From positions 122,839 through 172,440 of the forward strand of contig MNYS01000006.1 of the NCBI GenBank assembly GCA_001873215.1: a stretch of 49,602 nucleotides of DNA. The letters are read 5' to 3'. The DNA is from Candidatus Levybacteria bacterium CG2_30_37_29 (lineage in GTDB: Bacteria > Patescibacteriota > Microgenomatia > Levybacterales > GWA1-39-11). A program made the translations under genes and the position numbers. Positions 44,855-49,602 of the stretch are shown here, one piece after another. Numbering within the stretch: position 1 is the stretch's first letter; every line of letters starts with the position of its first letter. Below the pieces are notes generated by a model, which worked only from the letters and a program-made list of their open reading frames with translations, had not been told where the DNA came from and did not search any database.

Positions 44855-45121
44855 ATGAAAGAGCTTGATATACAAAAGACTGCATTAACTTTCGGCGTAT
44901 TTATCGGCGCATGGCATCTTGTTTGGAGTATTCTCATCCTTACAGGTTTTGCACAACAACTCTTAAATTTTGTTTTTTGGATGCATATGATTATATCGCC
45001 ATACCAAGTCACTGCATTTACCCTGACCCAATCACTTATTCTTATCGTTGTGACATTTGTGATGGGTTATGTTGGAGGATGGGTATTTGCTACGATTTGG
45101 AACAGAATGCACCATAAGTAA
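44855..45121 (+). CDS. Small conserved-type membrane protein
   Basis: WHLVWS.L..TG.AQ.LLNFVFWMHMI...GYVGGW.FA.IWN. Confidence 0.75.
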   Translation: MKELDIQKTALTFGVFIGAWHLVWSILILTGFAQQLLNFVFWMHMIISPYQVTAFTLTQSLILIVVTFVMGYVGGWVFATIWNRMHHK

Positions 45122-45216
45122 ATAAAGAAATCTAATGCCTAATAAAGTTTGGGTTAAGATGTTCGATAGTTTTTAGATTGATTATTTAAAAAACCGAGAG
45201 TATAATTCTTGCAAAT

Positions 45217-45504
45217 ATGTTAAAAGAACAACTGTTGCCAATTGCTATCGAATTTACACCTTTAGAATACTTTAGGGAAATGAGAGTTGTTGCAGCTGCA
45301 AATGAACAGCAGGCGGAGAACCTACAAGCGCGTTTGCAAAGTGGAGTTATAAAACGCTTTGGAAAAGATTTTCCGTTAACCCCAAGACAAAGATTAAGAA
45401 GAGAAAGACATTTGTGGGATCTAAAAGTCAGGGTTGAAGAAGACGTAATATCTATAAATATAGCGTTTGGTGTACCTCACAGGAAAAAATTGAGAAATAG
45501 TTGA
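45217..45504 (+). CDS. Hypothetical protein
   Basis: 95 aa; TATAAT shortly upstream. Confidence 0.55.
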   Translation: MLKEQLLPIAIEFTPLEYFREMRVVAAANEQQAENLQARLQSGVIKRFGKDFPLTPRQRLRRERHLWDLKVRVEEDVISINIAFGVPHRKKLRNS

Positions 45505-45633
45505 AAGATAAGATCGGAATAATAATATCCTCAAGACCATTATAAATCCAACTTGTAACAACCATAAGTAAATAGTTCAAGGCTTATATTTTCAGTATGA
45601 TTTTTGATACACTGGTATATAGGTAAAGAGAAT

Positions 45634-48603
45634 ATGGATGAAGAACCGCAACCATCATCACCATCAAAATTTAGTGGATTAAAAAGAGTGTTTGGTAGGG
45701 CAGAACCTACCAAACCAAATTCTGGCGGTGAAATAAAAGCACCCGCAGTAGAAAATGGCAAGAAGATTGAGGGAGTTGCAACAGACCAGAAATTACTGCA
45801 GTTTTTCTATGAGCTGAAAGGCGTTGATGCTCATGCTATTGCTACTGATAGTTTTCTAGATAAATCCCGTGACGAGTATAATGCAGCATGGTTAACACGG
45901 GAGTTGGTGCAAAATTTTGTTGACCATAACCCTCAATATCCAGGAACACTTGACGGAGTTAGTTTTACTAGCGAGCCTCTGAAAAGTGGTGGAAGAAGAT
46001 TTCGTATTGAAGGTGGTTGGCCTTTTGAAGATCCTACAGGCGTTTTAAGTCCGCATTCGGATAAGCCAGAAGATAGAAATACTGCAGGGGGAAATGGTAT
46101 TGGTCTCAAGCAAACCGCTATTCGTCTGATAAGAGATTTTGGTGTACAAAGATTTGAAATTGATGGTGAAGGCTGGGTTGCTAATTATCGTTTGGCCAAA
46201 GCAGCTGACGTAAATGATGATTGGGCAAATATGCCCGGACAAGTCCCTTTGCATAAAGTTAAACACGACTGGTTATTAGCAGACATTAAAAAGAGCAAAC
46301 CTACGGGTAGAAACGCATATATTATTGAAACAGCTAACCCTGATGTAATCAAAGCACTTGAACAATTACCTACGCTTGGAGTATCTAACGAGAACCCCTA
46401 TCTACAGAATATGGATTTCCAAAATAAGTTTGGAGGTATTAAGTGGCTTCCTAAATCTGAAGGAATTGAGCCAGATAAAGGACGCCTTTTTATTAATGGG
46501 CAGGTCATGAATTATAAAGAAAAAGGCGCTACTGCAGAAGATTATTGGGTAGGTCCTGAATCCGCTACGATTCAGCTTAACAACTTAAAATACAAAATGA
46601 GTATCGATAGACCTCCAGTTAATCCATTTGAACTAAGTCGCTATCTGGATGATATGGTTCAAGCTATGTCAAAAGATGAAATGGTAGAGCAGTTAAAACG
46701 CTCCGAACATTTGTGGGCAGGACATGTAGATTCTAAATATGGAACCGATAGGCAAGGAGCCTTTGTGGTTGTTGAGAAATTAGCAAGGACTCTTCCTTAT
46801 AAAGGTTACGACCGTGGAGAGTGGCAGAAACATTTTGCTGGTAAAAATTATATAGCGCGGGATAGAGGTGTAAGCGACAGCCAGGTAAGAGAATTAGAAG
46901 AGCAGGGATTTATTGTTTGCCCTGGATATTTGGAACAAGTAGGAATGCCGTCAGCTAGCAGTAAGTTAAGCAATGAAGAAACAGCCAGTAATGAAACCCC
47001 ACAAGTTCCTCAACACAAACGAGAACAATTTGTTCAAGAGTATGGTATGGAAGTAGCTTGTGAGGAATTTCCTGATATTAAAGACCCCTCTCAATTCATT
47101 AGCGTGATTAGTAAAAAGTTGGGTGGCCAAGTCACTGCAATAGAAGGAAATGGTAGCAATCCTAATGTTGTTCGTTTGATGTTAAAAGGAGACATACCGA
47201 GAGAATTACTATTTCATGCATTACCAAAGCCAAAAGAAGATAACCAGAAATTAGTATACCTATTAAGAGGAATGGCAGCTTACGGATTAGAGAAAGGTAT
47301 ATTTAAAAAAATATTCACATCACAAGGAGATTTTTTAACAACATTTGGTTTGAATTATGATTTTGTTACTAAAGAAAATAATCTGCTCGTGCGCAATATA
47401 CCAAACGGAAGCGACAAAGGTGTATTCGTAGAAATAGAGTTAAATGATAAATATTTGCAGAAGTTTCAAAATGCTTTTACGCAAGATGAGGCCGCAAGAG
47501 CAAGTGGAAAAACAAAGGAAATGGTATCTAGGGAAGCTCCGTTACCAACCGGAGAACTAAATATCTCCTCAACAGGCAGTGATAGCAAACAATCAGTAGA
47601 AGTAGATATCACTAGAGCGATTGAAGTTAAAGCATGGACTAATGAGCAAGAACAAATTTATCAAGCAGCTGTAAGAAAAAACCCTACAGAATTGTCAGAC
47701 CAAGAAAAACTTATTATTCAGAAACGAGAACAATTAAAACAAGAATTTGGTCGTGTGCCGGTGGCGCAACCTGAAATTCCCGATATTGAAAAGAAAGGAA
47801 ATATTATTCAAAAGGAAGCAACTATGTCTAACTCTGAAAAAACACGAGTATCACAAATGGAAGCTCAATTACCAGGAATACTTGAAGCAGTAAACAAGCT
47901 GGAGGAAATGGTACCAGAGCCAACTGTAGCAGAACTTACTGGACAAAGTCCTGTTGAAAAATACCTACAGTGGCGACAATCTGACCAATTTTATGGTCAA
48001 TTAGGAGATAATGCTGGATACTTAACAGGGAAACATTTAATCGAATTGATTGAAGAACAAAACCAAGCAGATATTTCAAGCGTAGAATCTATCCGTGAAG
48101 AATCACCAGAGGATATAATTCTTGGTGCTCTGCGAAGTAAGCTAAAGAAAATAGTAGAGAGAATGAATCCAGCTGAAGACGAAGTTGATGATTTTGAAAT
48201 TGTTCTTGAGCCAACAGAAAAGCAGCTGGCACAACTTGGGTTATTAAGATTATATTCACAGTTAACTACAAATGTTGCATTACCTAATGACCTTTTCGTT
48301 TATAAGGGAACTGGTAGTAAAGGAATAAATCTTGGTCAAAAGGCGATTGGTATACACGAATCTCTCTTTGGCGTTAAATTCACTGAAGCTATGAGAACAT
48401 TCACACATGAGGTAGCACATAATTATCCTGAAGCTGAAGATCATGGGAACATGTTCCGTCATGCTATGGAATCTTTGTTTGCAGCTACAATTGATAGAGT
48501 CACCAATATAGCCATAAAGTTAGATTCTGGTCAGGCTACGACATCCGAAGAAAGAGTAATTTTGGATATGCAAAGAGAATGGGATAGCATCCTTGCTACA
48601 TAA
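45634..48603 (+). CDS. Large protein: N-terminal GHKL-like ATPase plus C-terminal HExxH zincin domain
   Basis: RELVQNFVD (N box), GGNGIGLK (G2 box); THEVAH...HG..F. Confidence 0.7.
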   Translation: MDEEPQPSSPSKFSGLKRVFGRAEPTKPNSGGEIKAPAVENGKKIEGVATDQKLLQFFYELKGVDAHAIATDSFLDKSRDEYNAAWLTRELVQNFVDHNPQYPGTLDGVSFTSEPLKSGGRRFRIEGGWPFEDPTGVLSPHSDKPEDRNTAGGNGIGLKQTAIRLIRDFGVQRFEIDGEGWVANYRLAKAADVNDDWANMPGQVPLHKVKHDWLLADIKKSKPTGRNAYIIETANPDVIKALEQLPTLGVSNENPYLQNMDFQNKFGGIKWLPKSEGIEPDKGRLFINGQVMNYKEKGATAEDYWVGPESATIQLNNLKYKMSIDRPPVNPFELSRYLDDMVQAMSKDEMVEQLKRSEHLWAGHVDSKYGTDRQGAFVVVEKLARTLPYKGYDRGEWQKHFAGKNYIARDRGVSDSQVRELEEQGFIVCPGYLEQVGMPSASSKLSNEETASNETPQVPQHKREQFVQEYGMEVACEEFPDIKDPSQFISVISKKLGGQVTAIEGNGSNPNVVRLMLKGDIPRELLFHALPKPKEDNQKLVYLLRGMAAYGLEKGIFKKIFTSQGDFLTTFGLNYDFVTKENNLLVRNIPNGSDKGVFVEIELNDKYLQKFQNAFTQDEAARASGKTKEMVSREAPLPTGELNISSTGSDSKQSVEVDITRAIEVKAWTNEQEQIYQAAVRKNPTELSDQEKLIIQKREQLKQEFGRVPVAQPEIPDIEKKGNIIQKEATMSNSEKTRVSQMEAQLPGILEAVNKLEEMVPEPTVAELTGQSPVEKYLQWRQSDQFYGQLGDNAGYLTGKHLIELIEEQNQADISSVESIREESPEDIILGALRSKLKKIVERMNPAEDEVDDFEIVLEPTEKQLAQLGLLRLYSQLTTNVALPNDLFVYKGTGSKGINLGQKAIGIHESLFGVKFTEAMRTFTHEVAHNYPEAEDHGNMFRHAMESLFAATIDRVTNIAIKLDSGQATTSEERVILDMQREWDSILAT

Positions 48604-48694
48604 ACTTATTTATTACCGCTATAATTTTTACCCACTCTCAAGCTCACTATTTTTTTCTATTTAATATTTAGCTTCAATAAGGTACAATAGTCAA

Positions 48695-48802
48695 ATGAAT
48701 CTATCTGTTGGAATTGTCGGGTTGCCGAATGTGGGGAAATCCACTTTGTTTAACGCGCTTTTGAAAAAGCAGCATATTATTATCTATGCAAGTATATGTT
48801 AA
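48695..48802 (+). pseudogene. ychF: 5' fragment of ychF (Obg-like ATPase)
   Basis: MNLSVGIVGLPNVGKSTLFNALLKKQ (26 codons) then unrelated sequence and stop. Confidence 0.9.
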
Positions 48803-49302
48803 GTGAAGAAGAGTTAAAATATTTAAAAAAAATCCCGCAAAATAAAAAGGTAAATTTTTTTCCTTACGATTCTAAAACTACACAACTTGTAGATAATATT
48901 ATTAAAAAAATTAAAATCAAAATTCTTGACCTAGAGATAAAATTTATAGGTGCCAGTGCGCTAAAAATTTCAGGTCAAGGAGATTTTGACATTTATGTTC
49001 TTTGTCAAAGAGAAAAATTTAAACATTATGTTACTAAGCTAATAGATATTTTTGGAAAACCTATTTTTCAGGGTGATTATATTCAATGGGAGTTTAAAGT
49101 TGGCAGTCACGACGTAGAGCTATATTTAACTGATCCGTCTGATGAAACTGTAAAAGACCAATTTAAGATATTTGAAATGTTAACAAAAGACAAAAAACTT
49201 CTTCTTAAATATGAACATCTAAAGGAAGCGGCAAAAGATTTGCCTTACAAAGAATATCAAAGAAAAAAATATGAATTTTATAATAAGTTACTTGATAAAT
49301 AA
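48796..49302 (+). CDS. GrpB/UPF0157 family nucleotidyltransferase-like protein
   Basis: PYD, FIGASAL.ISGQGDFDI, YEHLK, YQRKKYEF. Confidence 0.8.
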   Translation: MLSEEELKYLKKIPQNKKVNFFPYDSKTTQLVDNIIKKIKIKILDLEIKFIGASALKISGQGDFDIYVLCQREKFKHYVTKLIDIFGKPIFQGDYIQWEFKVGSHDVELYLTDPSDETVKDQFKIFEMLTKDKKLLLKYEHLKEAAKDLPYKEYQRKKYEFYNKLLDK

Positions 49303-49384
49303 ACTTTAAAGTACAATGTTTAAAAATAATACGCTTTTAAATTAGCGTTCAAAAGTGGTAGTATACAAGTATAATATTTACCTT

Positions 49385-49602
49385 GGGTCTAGACAACTTT
49401 AGAGCGAATTTTCTCTAAAGTTTTTCAGTAACTCCTTATACATAATACCACCTCTGTTATTAAAACGGAACTCTGATTCTTTTAAGTGGAGAAGAAATTT
49501 GGTTTTATGGATACCATTAAGTTTATTCATCCGTCTTTTAGTATATGACCAAAATGATTCAATCCCATTGACATGGTTTTTTCCTCGGGCAAATTCATTC
49601 TC
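49385..49602 (-). mobile_element. Right end of IS1595-family element; transposase C-terminus 49602-49399 (partial, not in ORF track)
   Basis: ENEFARGKNHVNGIESFWSYTKRRMNKLNGIHKTKFLLHLKESEFRFNNR...*; putative terminal IR GGGTCTAGACAAC at 49385. Confidence 0.88.

Overview
AT-rich bacterial chromosome segment. The 16S sequence, gene content and short/leaderless 5' ends suggest a Candidate Phyla Radiation organism of the Microgenomates (OP11) type (inference). It contains a stand-alone 16S rRNA gene (~3930-6682) interrupted three times: a GIY-YIG ORF in the loop of an extended helix 6, an AT-rich heptamer-repeat expansion of helix 26, and an 855-nt group II intron after A1396 (E. coli numbering) that encodes a LAGLIDADG endonuclease instead of a reverse transcriptase. 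Also present are tRNA-Cys (nested inside a split tRNA-like shell) and tRNA-Ile, housekeeping genes (mreB, dcd, glyA, uppS, rpsB, tsf, rseP, frr, recR, FKBP, alkD, yjbQ) and two REP-associated Y1 transposases, each with its own palindrome family. Two clusters encode surface proteins: a cohesin/dockerin/glycoside-hydrolase set sharing a QDxRQxA motif (7953-15650, 25701-28607) and a pilin-like set with a shared class-III-like leader, a VWA protein and a shared LQ/KxxT motif (22543-29204). The right end has a Crp/Fnr regulator with predicted sites, a frameshifted desulforedoxin-like gene, a GHKL-ATPase/zincin fusion, a ychF 5' fragment and the end of an IS1595-family element. All calls come from reading motifs by eye; no database searches were run.
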